A stretch of DNA of 64,000 nt from Camelus dromedarius. Its lineage: Eukaryota. Positions 50,801-64,000 of this stretch are shown here, in pieces (the first letter of the stretch is position 1; each line of letters begins with the position of its first letter). The stretch lies in assembly GCF_036321535.1 (NCBI RefSeq), contig NC_087437.1, positions 63,242,001 through 63,306,000 on the forward strand, given 5' to 3'. Made by a program: the position numbers and the translations under genes. Under the pieces are notes generated by a model, which ran no database searches, was not told the DNA's origin, and worked only from the letters and a program-made list of their open reading frames with translations.

Positions 50801-51174
50801 CAGGCTTTTCATCAAAATATTTCAGGAAAAGCTGAAATGGGAAACACTCAGGTTTCTGAGCTGTGGTTCCAAATGTTCTCAACTTGTCCTTTTTTCCTTT
50901 TTTTCAGAGGCTGAGGTGGAGTGTTTAGGAGTGTTGACGGGCTATTTAGTTGGAGAGAAAAAAATTGCAAAGACCTATCTCACTGAGTCTTATTTTTATA
51001 CAAAATAAAACCAAAAACAAACAACAATTTAAGAGGAGAAAAAACCCTACTGCCAGAAGTCATTAGAAAATAGCACTGTTTCTAGTAAAGCAGCAACAGA
51101 AATAATGTCTGGTTTTTGTTAAAATATTAATTCATGTCAGAAAAAATGAAGTTATGGGTACTGCGCTACTAGTA

Positions 51175-51400
51175 ATAGTTAACTTTTCTCTATCATTCCT
51201 ACTACATGCCAGGCACCTCCCATGTGAAGAGCTTTAAGTACATGATCTAATTTCATCTTCACAGTAGCCCCCATGAGAAATATTATTCTCTCCGCTTTAT
51301 AGATGAGGAAACTGAGGTTCAGATTGTTTAAGTAATTCACCCAAAGCCACACAGTTGGTAAATGATAGCACAAAAATTCAAACCCAGCCCACACACCATC
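51175..51400 (-). mobile_element. MIR SINE
   Basis: CCTACTACATGCCAGGCAC...TTTATAGATGAGGAAACTGAGG...AAGTAATTCACCCAAAGCCACACAG. Confidence 0.8.
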
Positions 51401-52514
51401 TGAAAGAATCCCATATGTCATGCTCTGAGAGTTGATGCGTTTTCATCTTTCTCTCTCTTGGCCTGGTCCAATGAGCTTTTCAAACCGAAAAGTCTGCTAT
51501 ATTAGTTGAATCTTTACTCAAAATTCAGGCAACGTAGAGAAAATGAGTCTACCGCTTGTGTTGCTTGCTTCAAATAGCAGTTTTCCTGAAACGATGTGCT
51601 ACCAAGTGATCCTGGGAAAACGTCTGAACTTTAGTTTCCTCACCTGTTAAATAAGAATGTAAAAGCTCCACCTTTGGGGTTGTTACGAGGATTAATGTGT
51701 GGAAAAGCAATCTGGAGACTGCAAAGGCCAGGCAATTGCTGGGTCTCATAATGATTATGGTACTTTAAATATAATGAGTTACAGCCCCTCTCTAAAGCCT
51801 AGCTTCACAGATGAGAAAAAAGGGAGAAGACATTTCAGTCACTCAGATGGAGGCCAGAACTCATTTTAAAACACTCATGATTGAAAGACGTGGGAGAGGG
51901 AAAATATATGTCTCTCTAATATCACTTCCCAGACTGTCTTCAATGGGGTGTTAATAGATGTTTCCTCAAAAAGTCCATGGCCAGAGAGATCTGGAAAACA
52001 CCAAATCTGTGATCCCTCCCTCAGAGAATCACAATGTGCTTTGTCTTGTTAAAGGTCCTGGGAAGTCCTACCATAAAATAGCCTCTGCTTGTTTCAGCAA
52101 TTCCCAAACGTTTGACCATAGGAACTTTATTTTTGTGTTTCCATCTATTAAGCACCTCTCAGAACACCAGGGAACACAGTGTAGGGGGAATCCAGGGGCC
52201 ACTCTCAATAAAGACCACTCCTCTCACTCACCATCAGCGCAGCATTTGATCCACTCTCTTTCCACTGTGACACGTGTTCCTTTATCGAACATTTACATTA
52301 TAACAAGGAGCCTCCCCAGCATCTGTGAACATGTTATTACAAGACGAGGCTCTACACAGAGGAGGGCACATGCAGTACACCCCACAGATCTCTGGGTACA
52401 GCCCCGTTGCCTCAGATAATAACAGAGGAATAGGAAGAGGAGGGGGCATCTCTCTCCTTCAGCGGCTCTTCAGAAATGTGTGTTTCATGATGCTAACTTA
52501 TGCTAGAGAATCAT

Positions 52515-52945
52515 CTTCATTTGGGGTCCTCCAGAAGCTGGCTTTGAAACAAGGATTTGAGAGCAAGTAGTTTGTTTGGGAGTTAATCCAAGGAAATACA
52601 AGCAAGAGAGGGAGGAAGTGAGTCAGGAAGGGGAAGACAGCCAATAAAAGGTGAATTATTAAGCCAACCACACAGTGGACAACTATAGCTTAAGCCTGCA
52701 GGGAAACAGTGTAAAACACACACTTCAGAATTAACCTGCCCAAGGGCTGGGGTTGCTGGGATATTTATACATCATCTCCCATCACTCACTGGTTCCCCCC
52801 TCCTGTGTGGGGATGGGGGAAGGCAGTTAGTTTTCCAGAACTTCTGAGCTTCCATGCATCTTGGGCCTTCCAGGGTTCCAGATAAAGTCTTCAAGCACCA
52901 ACTTGCAGGTACTGGCAGTCGGAAGACGTCTGGAGCACAGTGAAA
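52515..52945 (-). mobile_element. LTR16-like ERVL LTR remnant
   Basis: GGGTCCTCCAGAAGC...ACAAGGATTTGAG.GCAAGTAGTTT.TTTGGGAG...CAGGAAGGGGAAGACAGCCAATAAA recalled as antisense LTR16. Confidence 0.55.
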
Positions 52946-54303
52946 ATGATAAAACCTGAGAGATACGGGTCCGCCTCACTGGGTCTCATACTTGCTTCAT
53001 ATTTCCAGATGGGAAAACCAAATTGGAAGGAAGTTAAGTGTACCCTTACTTGCTGAGCAACAGGTATTTTTGAGGTGCCAGGTGGGCTGAGTGGGACCTT
53101 GAGTCCACAGTCCCAGGCCAAGAAGATAACCGAGTCAAGGACACAGGTGAACCGCCCCTCCTCATCACCGTGAGACAGAGAATATAGAACCTTTTTTCTG
53201 GCTCCACATCAGTAATACTTCTCATTACAAGTAGTGACTCTCAACAGCTGAAGGTGAGGGGAAGCCATACTCCACCAGAAGTGGTGCCTGGGAATCCAGG
53301 GGGCAGTCTGTACTTAAAATATCTACTGAAGACTGCCTCGCTCCCATACCATGCCACATCCCGTGATGCTAGGTCACTGTGATAGTTGTCATAGGAGCAC
53401 AGGGTGGACAAATACCTGATCAGACGAAGCAAGCAAATGTGCCTCTGAAACTAGCAACCACTTCAGTAAAGGCATTGGTTTTTTTCTAAACATTTAAGAA
53501 AATTTACAGTGAGGTAGCAAGGGAAGAAGTTTTCACTGTGAGCCAAGGATGTTTGAGTGTTTCAGGAAGTTGGCAGCAAGAGACCAGAGTATGGGAGAAG
53601 CTGCAAGAAAAGTTGTAGCTGACTCAACTTATGGTGGTTCAACTTAAGACCATCATTCAACATCCAGTCAAGTTGAAAGTCAGAATTTCCCTGCTCTGTT
53701 TCAAGAGATTATTACTTTCTGTTCCCTTTCCCCCAAATCTCACCTGCTACCCTTCCTCTTTCCCTGAGTTTATCCATATTATAAAACGTTTATCAATACG
53801 GCTAAAGTGGGAGTAACAATGTCAGTAATTTATACCAAAGAGAACCCAGTTACTTTCTTTCCGCAGTATTCCAAATTATAAAACCTGAATTATACCTATG
53901 ATTTGAACCTTTGTCAGGTTATGGAAAAATAAGTTAAAGAGAAGAAAAGGTAGCATTTTAGGAAGGGCCAGGGTAGAGGTTCCTCCACATAAGTTGTACC
54001 TCTTTTACTAACATGACATCATGTAATTCTTTGGCCCTTAATAAAAGTAACTATTAGTGCTTTTAATTTTCTCTCCAAGTTCCTGAGCATTTTAACTCAA
54101 AGTGCCTCCTCTCCTGCTTGACATCTTTGTTGCTGGATACAGCTTTCAGGGAAGGCAGCAACAATACTGTTTTGCCCGATTCTGACCTCTCCAAGTTGGA
54201 ACTTCTCCTTTTCACAACTCCTCTAAAGACAGTGGCCTACACACCATTCATGATGCTAGAGATACTTATGGGGGTGGAAGACTGGCTTTCAGATATTGAC
54301 TAA

Positions 54304-54641
54304 AATATTTTAAAATGACACAAATGAACATATTTACAAAATAGAAACAGACTCACAGACAAAGAAAACAAACTTATAGTTTCCATAGGTGAAAGGGGGT
54401 GGGAAGGGATGAATTGGGAATTCAAGATTTGCAGATACTAATTATTATATATAAAATAGATAAACAACAAGTTTCTACTGTTTAGCACAGGGAACTATAT
54501 TCAATATCTGTAGTAACCTATAATGAAAAAAGAATATGAAAAGGAATATATGTATGTACATGTATGCTTGAAACATTATGCTGTGCACCAGAAATTGACA
54601 CACTGTGAACTGACTATACTTCAATAACAACAACAAAAAAT
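54304..54641 (+). mobile_element. Young L1 3' UTR fragment (camelid type)
   Basis: Same tail family as 16303. TSD ATATTGACTAA at 54293-54303 and 54642-54652. Confidence 0.9.
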
Positions 54642-54972
54642 ATATTGACTAAGAGCCTCCATCCTTCAACCCTTTACCCCTGGGAAGAGAAGGAACTCAA
54701 GCTGTCTTCACTTCTCCCCATGCCCTCACCTCGGTACCTCAGGAAGATGTCATGCCAATGTGATGGAGAGATCTTGGCACACTGAGTGGGCGTGGCTTAG
54801 TAAAGGAAGACGGCACTCTCTCTGCCACTCTCCTTTCTTCCTCTTCCCTTCGCATTGCTGAAGAGGGTGTCTGGCTCACAGTTTTCGTCTCCTATGCCTG
54901 CTGCGGTGCAGTCATCTCTTTGGGATCTTGTCCCATAAAGGTCTTCAAACTTGAGTTTGTGCTTGGGGGAAG

Positions 54973-55606
54973 TGTAACTGAGCAGGATCCTATGGAAGCT
55001 TCCTGGTTCCATAGACCCCTCACCCACCCCATGTCCTCTGCCTGTCTCTTGCGTGTTGAAAAATGTTAGCCTCCTAGGCTTTCCCCAAGTTCCAAAGATT
55101 AAATTCAGTCCAAGAAGTGAGAAAATACACAAAGAAAGGAAAAGAGTCAAGCAAGACAAAATAATAGTTTAGCTACTAAGCAAAGTCAAGGAACTCTAGT
55201 TCCTCTTCAAGGGCTATAGATAATATTCTAAGCCATATCCTTTGAGCTGTTTTGCAGATACTGAAACCCCTACCAGGTGGAAGAAGTTAATTATATCCCC
55301 ACAAGGATGTAGATCCCAGACCCGTTGGAACCAGAAGGCTGAGAATGTTAACTCCTGATTACCTTACCACTAACCAGTCAGAAGGATGTCCACGAGCTGA
55401 TCACACACCCCACAACCCCCCTCCCTCACCCTGTCTTTGAAAACCTTTCCCTAAAAGTCACTGGGGAATCTGGGCCTTTTGAGCACTAGCTACCTGGACT
55501 CCTGGCTTAAATGCTGCACTTAAATCCTGCAATAAATGCTGCACTCGCCACCACCACAACCCAGTGTCAGTAGTTTGGCTTTACTTTGGGTGAGCGTTCG
55601 GTAACA
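54973..55606 (+). mobile_element. ERV solo LTR (class I/ERV1-like), 634 bp
   Basis: TGTAAC...GTAACA termini (TG...CA), 4-bp TSD GAAG at 54969-54972 and 55607-55610, and AATAAA at 55531. Confidence 0.85.
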
Positions 55607-56209
55607 GAAGAAGAGGCACAGGTAAGACTCTGGCCTCTGCCAGGTGCTCTAGGCCACCTAATAGAGAGAGAGGCATGTAGCTTTCAAACACAAGCTCAGT
55701 GAAGAGCTACTTTCTTTTGTCATTGCTCCCTGTGCATATACTGTCCTTAGAAACTTTATGGGGAAGAGAGAGAAGATCATGTTCCTTGTTTGAGAATAGG
55801 ATTTGGGCATTTCCGAGGTCTCCAGTCACCTTCTTCCTCCTGCCCCCGTGTTTATTCTGAATGTTTTCAAACACACAGGAAAAATAATAAGAATAAAAAA
55901 AATGAATACCTGTATATGCTTCTCCTATTTCATCAACAGCTAACATTTTGCCACATTTGCTTCATCTATATATACGATATGTGTGCATGTGTATGTTTGG
56001 GGTTTTTCTTGTTTTTTTTTTTTATCATTTTGAACCATTTGAAAATAAATCATAGATATCATGACATTTTTATCCTCCACACACTTCAGAATGCATCCCC
56101 TGAGAATAAGGACATTGTCCTTTATAACCATGATACCATCATTACACCTAAAAAATTAGTAATTCTATAACATCAAATATCCTCAATTGCTGCAAGAATG
56201 CCATTTGTT

Positions 56210-57245
56210 GCTTTTTTATTGTGGTAAAACATACATAACATCACATATACCATTTTAACTGTCTTTAAGTGGACCGTTCAGTGGCATCAAATACGTTCAC
56301 CTTGTTGGTGAAACCATCACCACCACCCATCTCTAGGACTTTCTCATCTTCCCAAACTGAAACTACCCATTAAACAGCAACTCCTCATTCCTCCTTCCCC
56401 CAGCCCCTGGCAACCACCATTCTGCTTTCTGTCTCTATGCAATTTGACTACATCAGGCACCTCAGATAAGTGACGTCATACACCATTTGTCCTTTTGTGT
56501 CTGTCTTATTTCACTTAACATAATGTCTTCAAGATTCATCCATGTTGCAGCATGTGTCAGAATTTCTTTCCTTTTTAAGGCTGAATAATGTTCCATTTTA
56601 CATATATACCACATTTTGTTTATCCATTCACCCACTGATGTCCATTTGAATTGCTTCTACCTTTTGACTACATTGAATAATGCTGCTATGAACCTTGTGT
56701 GTACAAATATGTATTCGAGTACCTGCTTTCAATTTTTTGGGGTATTTACTCAGAAGTGGGATTGCTGGATCGTATGGTAATTCTGTGTTTAATTTTGTTT
56801 TCTACAGAGGCTGCACCATTTTTCATTCTCATCAGCAATAGTTCCAATTTCTCCACATCCTCACCAACATTTGTTAATTTCCTTTTTTTTTGTTAATAGC
56901 CATTCTAATAAGTATGATCTCATTGCATTTTTTTCTCATTGCATTTTTGATATGCATTTCCCTAATGATTAGTGATGCTGAGCATCGTTTCATATGCTTA
57001 TTGACCATTTGTATATATTCTTTGGAGGAATATTTCAAGTCCTTTGCCTATTTTTTAATCTAGTTATATTTTGTTGTTGTTACATTATAGTTCTTTATAT
57101 ATTCTTGATAACAATCCCTTATCAGATATATGACTTGCAAATATTTTGTCCAACCCCTGACTGCCTTTTCACTCTGTCCATTGTATCCTTTAATGACACA
57201 AGTTTTTAATTTGGACATAGTCCAGTTTATATTTTTGTTGTTGTT
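56210..57245 (-). mobile_element. L1 3' region (L1MB-like), nested in an older L1MC-like fragment
   Basis: TTTTTATTGTGGTAAAACATACATAAC...CCCCCAGCCCCTGGCAACCACCATTCT...CATTTCCCTAATGATTAGTGATGCTGAGCAT. Confidence 0.88.
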
Positions 57246-58619
57246 GTTGTCTGTTGGTGGCTACTAGAAAATTTAAAATTACATGTGGCTCATATTATAT
57301 TTCTGTTGGACAATGCTGGCCTGAAAGCTTGAATAGATTCACTTTGGGCAAGAATACTTTATAGGTGATGCTACATACATCATAATATATCCCAGCAGGA
57401 GATATACAATATTAGGTTGTTCCACTAGTGGTGATGATTGGTTAAAGGGTAGCTTACAAATATCTAGATTATAAAGTACATTTTTGCCTTTGCAATTTCC
57501 AAATAATTTGTGGGAAGATACTTTTAAACCAGAATACTTAAAAAAAATATTGTCGAACTTTCTTAGCCCTCTTAGAGGAACCAACATCTACAGATCAGTA
57601 TTAAGGATAGTCATCCATGAGTCAGATCCTGAATGTATGACCCTCCTAGGGAGGGCAGTTCAGATAACTCTTGCCCTTTTTAGCCTGGTTTATGGCTGCA
57701 ACAGACAGAAAACTTGCTATGCCTGCCCTCTCCCATCCTCCTTCCTAAGAGCTGTAAGTAATCCGTAGCACCCCCTTGGGCCAGTCATTTCCATTGTGAC
57801 TGTCCCCAAGGCTTACCCAGCTCTCCTTTCCTGTCTTGTTACTGGCAATAATCCTCTACTCCCGCATTTTGGAGAGTTCTCCAGGGGAGTCTCTCATGCA
57901 CTCAAGAACTTCTCTCTTGTTTTTCAACTCTGTCCCCACTTTTTTTTTCTGTGACCACACTAATGTCTGTGCCAAGGCTGGTGGCTCTTGGAGCTCCCAG
58001 CACTGCAAATTTCCATGGTGCCAAAGATGCTCTGTACTTCCCAGAGTCTTTTCTGGTTAAAGCCATGCTGGGTGTATGTGAAGTGGAGAAGAAGACACTT
58101 TTCCCCTAGATGCCAAAGTAGCATCTCTGTTTGTGTTCCTCTGCTTCCAGCATCAGTTGTGAAATCATATCCTTCAGTTTCTGCTTGAGTCTCAAGAACT
58201 CTACTCATAAATATCCAGAATAGACACCTTGCTCTCTCCTGATCCCCCATGTCTCTCCAGGCCAGGTGCCTGAGCAAAAACACCTTCCCTCTTCCTTTAG
58301 CCAAATCAGCTCCTGGCATTGCTGCCCACTTTCTTTCCGAGGAATATCAATCTTATTTAGGCTCAAGATGGGACAACTAGTCATATTGCACATTGTAGTA
58401 CCTAAGTAGGGGAGAAATTTTATCACTCGGTGAAATTTCTAAATTTTCTTCTATATGTTTATGTGGCCTTGACCTCAAATGGCTGATGATGAAATCAAAG
58501 GACTCCAGCTAAGTCTTAAGGTTTATTCCCATTACAAATAAAAAGAGATTCTACTGGGAAGACCCATGGACCCAAGGATCTCAGAGATCAAAAGAGGCAG
58601 TTAAGGTTACGCACAAGTG

Positions 58620-59100
58620 GTATAAAATCTTAAACTATGCAATTTCTAAAAGAAAACATAGGAGAAAAGCTTTGCAACCTTCGAGTTGGCAAAGATTTCT
58701 TAGTATACACGAAAGATAAAACAAAAAGTTAATAAATTGGACCTAATCAAAATTTTTAAATGTTGCTCTTCGAAAGACACTGTCTAAAAAATGGAAAGGT
58801 ATAAGAAAATAAGACAAATTTAAAAATGAAGAGTTATGCCGCAGAATGTGAGACAAAACTTTTAATGCATGTATCTGGCAAAGGACTTAGAATATATAAA
58901 GAACACTTACCACTCAATAATAAAAATACAACCAATGCAATCTTAAAAGGGGCAAAAAATATGAAGCAATATTTCATGGAAGAAGGTATATGAATGGCCA
59001 ATAAGCATATATAAAATGCTCCACATCATTATTTGCATGCTAATTTAAATCATAATGGTATACCATTACACATCCATTAGAATAGTAAAAAATTTAAAAG
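58620..59100 (+). mobile_element. Old L1 ORF2 3' fragment
   Basis: AAGAAAACATAGGAGAAA, GGCAAAGATTTCTTAG, ATGGCCAATAAGCA..AAAATGCTCCACATCATT. Confidence 0.75.
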
Positions 59101-59103
59101 ACT

Positions 59104-59523
59104 TGCTTAAAACAACATAAATTATTGTATAGTTCTGTAGGTAAGAAGTCCAACACAGGTATCACTGGGCAAAACGTGATTTTGCAGGTCTGCATTCCTT
59201 TCTGGAGGCTCTACAGGAGAACCGTTCCCTTGCCTTTTCCAGCATGTAAAGATCACCCACATTCCTTGACTCATGGCCCTCTTCCTCCGTCTTCAAAGCC
59301 AACAACAGGTCTAATTTTTCTTACATATCCTTCTCTGACTCTGACCTCCCCTTTGGCTTCCCTCATCCACTTTTCAGAAACCTTATGATTTCATTGGGTC
59401 CCCCTGGATAATCCAGGAATATCTCCCTATCATAAAATCGTCAGTGCCATGTAAGTTAACATATCCACAGCTTCCAGGGATTAGGACTTGGGCATTTTGG
59501 GATCCATTATTCTGCCTACCACA
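59104..59523 (-). mobile_element. MLT1 LTR (partial)
   Basis: GCTTAAAACAACA...TTTCTGGAGGCTCT...CCATTATTCTGCCTACCACA, homologous to 38436-38954. Confidence 0.8.
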
Positions 59524-59871
59524 CGCAGCATATAGCAAATAGCGATAACCACAAAACCACATATCCTTTGTTATTGTAAATCAGTTATTCAGCCAAATAA
59601 CAAAAACAAACAAAAATGTGTTGAGCCCTGCTATATGTCAGATCCCTGTGGTTAAAGCTGAGGTTACAGTAGGGGTGAGAGCCTGGGTGTTTGGTGATTT
59701 TTTTCCACCCCTTTCAAACAAAATTCCCATTCTGGTTTATTTTAGCTAAGGGATAAATGAGAAGTAACCTTGTTTAAATTGTTCTCATTACATTGTAAGT
59801 AACTGGCCTGTCGTAACCTTCTGGGAGAGACATTTATATTCTTTTTTAAAGGAGCACCCTAATCCAGGTTA

Positions 59872-60040
59872 AGGAGCTTCTTAACCTTTAAGGAGCATAC
59901 AAATCACCTGGGAATCTTGTCAAATGCAGTTTTAACCCAGTAGGTCTGACATGGAGCCTGAGATTCTGTTCTTCTGACAAGCTCCCTCCCGGGCGATGCT
60001 GATGCTGCCTGTCAGGACAGCAGCTGGAAGAGCAAGGCCC
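59872..60040. mobile_element. MER5-type hAT element
   Basis: AATCACCTGGGAATCTTGTCAAATGCAG...GTAGGTCTG...GCCTGAGATTCTG...TCTGACAAGCTCCC. Confidence 0.7.
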
Positions 60041-63000
60041 AAACTCAAAAAAAGCTCTAACTCTAAGCAATACTCAGTCTGACCCGGCCACCAGTCTGCC
60101 CTTAAGAAGGGTTCACAACCATCTAAGAGGTTACAGTAGTCAATCAGTTTATCAAAACATATACTTCAGCACTGACAAAACACCTGTAGCAGAGGGGACA
60201 CTCTGCCTATTGGTAATGGTCTTGGTTTCCTACCAAGGTTTCTGACCAAGACTTACATGTATCCCCACATGTGGATCCCCATTTACAATCCTTGATATAA
60301 TAAAATGATATGGTAAGTCTCCTAGGCCAGGACTTCCAATATCCAAGGCTTAAACATCCCAGACAGTGACCCAGTGACCCAGTACCTGGATTCATACCTA
60401 TTGTCAGAAATTTATAAGGTTTGAGCTATTTAAGGATTCCCTAGACAAGCGAATAAAAGCTGATTAAGATTCAAAGTTATCTGTCTAACGGGGGTGAGCT
60501 TTTGCATACTAGCGCCTATGAGGAGGTGGGGAGGTGAGGAGAGATGAGCAAGAGGGCAGAGCAGAAGCAACAGAATCTCTAGAGGCAACTGAGATAATCT
60601 TCATAGGAACCTGTATCCAATGAAACAACCTTAGCATAGGGAGCAGTGGGAGGACAAGTGATTGTATCAAGGTGAATTGATAATGTGATTTGTAAGGTAA
60701 AAGTATGCAGCATGTTCCTAAATTTGTTCCTGATTCATGAGCTTGGGCAATATTGCTTCAGAGAATACTTCTCAACATTGATGCACTTTGGTATCCCCTG
60801 ACCTACAACTTCCCCAAATCTTTGTTTTGGCCTCAGAAAGAGATCATTTTGGGGAAATGAAGCAAAACCAGACCTGCCATTCCATACCTTCTATTTGCAA
60901 GATAACTAGGTCTCTCTCATCTCTTTGGCAGAGTGCCGTTATATGGTTTCCTCCAAGGCCTCCTTGAGAAACCTCCATGCTATGTTCTCCAACAGCCTCC
61001 TGCCCAACTGATCCTGGGTGGGTAATTGCTAAAAACTCTCTTGTATGGGCTAACACTGCCAGGGCCCCCTGTCTCAAGCAGCACAGATCCACACTTGGCA
61101 CATCTACAGAGAGAGATGGGAGAAGGCATGTATCTATGCAATACAAAAAGGAGACCTATTCTGTCTAGACCAGGACTTAGGACTCTCCATTCATCCAGTA
61201 TCTAAGCTGGATGGTCTCTGTGAGAGCGGTTTCCTATTATAGATCGAATTAAAATAGGGGGGTCATTATTCTCTCTCATCCTAAGCATTCATCCAAGTAT
61301 TAAAATGTAGAATTTTACACCTGGCAGCAGCTTTTAAGACACAGTTTAATATCCATCGTTGTACGGATAAAGAAAAGGAAGTCTACAAAAGGGAAGTGAA
61401 TAGATTAAGGTCAAACAGGAAGTTCATGGTAGAGTCTATATCCAAACCCAGCTCACAGAGGTCAGGTGACTTGTCTGAGGTCATATGTCCAGTTAATGAC
61501 AATGCTGGGACCCAACTCCAATTCCAAGACTTCTTTCCATTACAGCCTCCCTTAACCATAGCTAGAACACCCTTTCCCACCCCTGATGAAAGAATATCCC
61601 ATTACTGATTCACTAATGCCTCTGAAGATATTCATTCACCTTGAGGGCTGAGGGTCAAGGTGGGCTTTGGGGGGAAGGGTAAATGGTACTACCTGGGAAT
61701 GCTATGATGAAGTCTGGTCTTTTATCTCATAATCATATCAGCCTTTCCATTTAATTTTATGGCTTAAGTTTTTAAATTCTTTTCCTACCCAATCCTTCTT
61801 TCTGGCCATGTGTGATTACTATCTTGTTATTTCAAGTTTCTCTCCAGCTGGGTAAATCTTCACTCCTTGTCCTAGCACAAGGCTTTTCTCTTTGATTTTA
61901 TCTCATCTGCCCGTGGAGGACAGCTTACCTTCCCACCCCTCTGTTCACATCTCACTCACTTCTTCCCACCTCTCCACTTTTCATCACTTTCTTACTTCTG
62001 ACTTTCTTCCACTTCTCTTGGAACGATGATTCCTGAATTTCTTGCCCCCACCAACACTGGATGGCTTTCCTCTCTGCTTAAGGGGGGTAAAGCCGTGAAA
62101 GCCCCAAATACCATCTTTCGTCTTATTTCCTATTTTCAGCACACATCCTATTTATAATTCCGCCTCCTCCTTAGCAGATTGACACAGCACTCTGCTTGGT
62201 TCCCAGAATAAATGCAATTCAAGAATGAGCGGCAAGTCCAGGCTCCCAGGACTCCTCTGCAGGCAAGCATTGGTTAGGAGGGCTTCTGCCAGCGTTGGAG
62301 AAGTGTCTCTGCCGGCATCTGTGCTTCTCTGGGCCCATCTTCCGCTTCCTGGAAACTCCTTCCATACAAGATTTTCTTCCTAGCAGATTTCCCTTCCTGA
62401 TCATGTCTGCACCAAGTTTACATTAAAGGTAGTTTTTATTACCCTAGCATACATTGACTATACCATAAAAGACACATAAGAAATACTTGTTGGGTGAATG
62501 AATGTTGGCATATTAATAATAGATAGATCATAACTGAGTCTGCAGGAAGCCAATTTGGAATTACAGCTGATCCACAAAGTGAACAATACATATTAAAATT
62601 CACATTTTTAAAAATAAATACCAATTTCCTACTACACCCAATATCTCTGATGTCCCCATCACCAAATCATTATAAAACCTGTATGAAAGAGCAGCATTTA
62701 CAGAGCAAAGTCCACCATTACAAGTTGTACTTTGCTTAAATGATTTCATTTATTCTACAACCTCTGAAATAGATACTATTATCCCCATTTTAGGGTAATA
62801 AAACTGAGAGTCAGGTAGGTGAGCAGTTTGGCTTAGGTAACAGAAAGAGTAAGTAGATTCAACCCAAGTCTATCTGCCTTCAGAGCTCACTTTAACAACT
62901 GACAGAGGACTTGGGGCCCTTGAATACAGCATCTAACGTAGCACGCACTAATAACCTCTGGTTCAGTCTGTGTCCCTTGTCTATTTCTTTCCTGCCTGGC

Positions 63001-64000
63001 ACATAGTAAGTACTCAAACAAATATTTGTTGACTTAAATTATTGAATGTATCACTTAGACTTAGTTTCTTAACCTGGTATTATTCTAATTTTCTGGGCTT
63101 GACATAGATGCTTTAGAAGAAACCCAGCATTGAGCTACAGAGAGTTAGACGGGGACAACGAGCCAATGTTTCCTGTCTTCAACAAGGAAAGCAGATATGG
63201 GGTGAAAACTTAGCAGGTGGGATTTAGGTTAGGGCTAAAGGAAACATGGTAAGATCCTAGACCAGGCCACTGAAGAAGGCAAAGTATTTTGTCTGCAGAT
63301 CCCCGTCTCTCTGGGATGAGCCAGATTCCTACCTGCAGGGAATGCTCTGCTTATGAGGGCCTGCAGAGCCACCAGAAGCTGCTCTTCTGCATTTGTGGTA
63401 ACAGTAGGAAGAGTCTGCTGCAGAAACTGCCCTCGTTCAGTGGCATCCTCTTCACAGTAATGTGGAGTTGTTAGTTCCCTTGATTGCTCTCTCATGCGTA
63501 GCTTTAATTGTATCCTTGCTTTTATGTAGAGAATAGAATCGTGTTCCCAAGAGGAGAGCTGGGAAAACCCACTGCCAGCCTCGAATACAAATAGGAGTCT
63601 GCAGAAACTGCTGCTTCATGGGTGGGCACAGGGAAAAGGAGACGAGGGAGGACAGCTACTTCCAAAGGTGTAGGGTTTATGCATGGAGGGATCACCGACT
63701 CCCCATGACCTCTCCCAGGAGTATAAACAGCAGCAATATGATTCATAGGAAACTGCCTGGAAATTGCATAGGAAACTCTCTGTAGGGGAGGGTTTAGGTG
63801 GTGCTGAAAAGCTAGCAACCCCCCAAAAAGCTGTCCGTCACCCACACTGGAGCTTCCGTGGACTAATATCACTGTTGGCATAATTATCTATTTCCTTCCT
63901 CAATTTTTATGCGTGTTTCTATGCAATTGAGATCATACTGTACATAAATTTTGTAATCTGCCTTTTTCAGTTAACATTGTAGTTTGTAAGCCTTGGAAGG

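Noticed and set aside
45000..64000. Exons of ROPN1, the expected upstream neighbour from human synteny
   Set aside because: No ropporin-like peptide was recognised in the ORF track or by eye. A non-coding first exon cannot be excluded.

Overview
Mammalian genomic DNA, most likely camelid (alpaca/llama/camel), judged from two tRNA-derived Vic-1-type SINEs and recurrent artiodactyl-type L1 tails. One protein-coding exon is recognisable: the first coding exon (exon 1B) of KALRN (kalirin RhoGEF kinase) on the minus strand at 32673-32745. It encodes MNPPEGAAEEGGAADSDVDAFFRT, ends in a GT donor and lies in a CpG island. Bases 1-32672 are therefore KALRN intron 1, and 33.8-64 kb is upstream intergenic DNA. 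The rest is mostly interspersed repeats (L1, L2, MIR, MLT1/LTR16/LTR33, an ERV1-like solo LTR, MER DNA transposons). The most unusual object is a ~960 bp insertion at 43473-44430, about 10 kb upstream of the KALRN promoter: an 18-bp-periodic telomere-derived array (TTAGGG-CTAGGT-TCAGGK) with an A-rich head, a poly(A) tail and a perfect 15-bp target-site duplication, consistent with telomere-like satellite RNA moved by L1 retrotransposition. Also notable are an ancient U6 snRNA/L1 chimeric retrocopy, a strong-Kozak uORF ahead of the KALRN 1B start, and several short templated inversions and duplications. Repeat family names come from recalled consensus motifs, not a database search, and boundaries are approximate unless a TSD fixes them.
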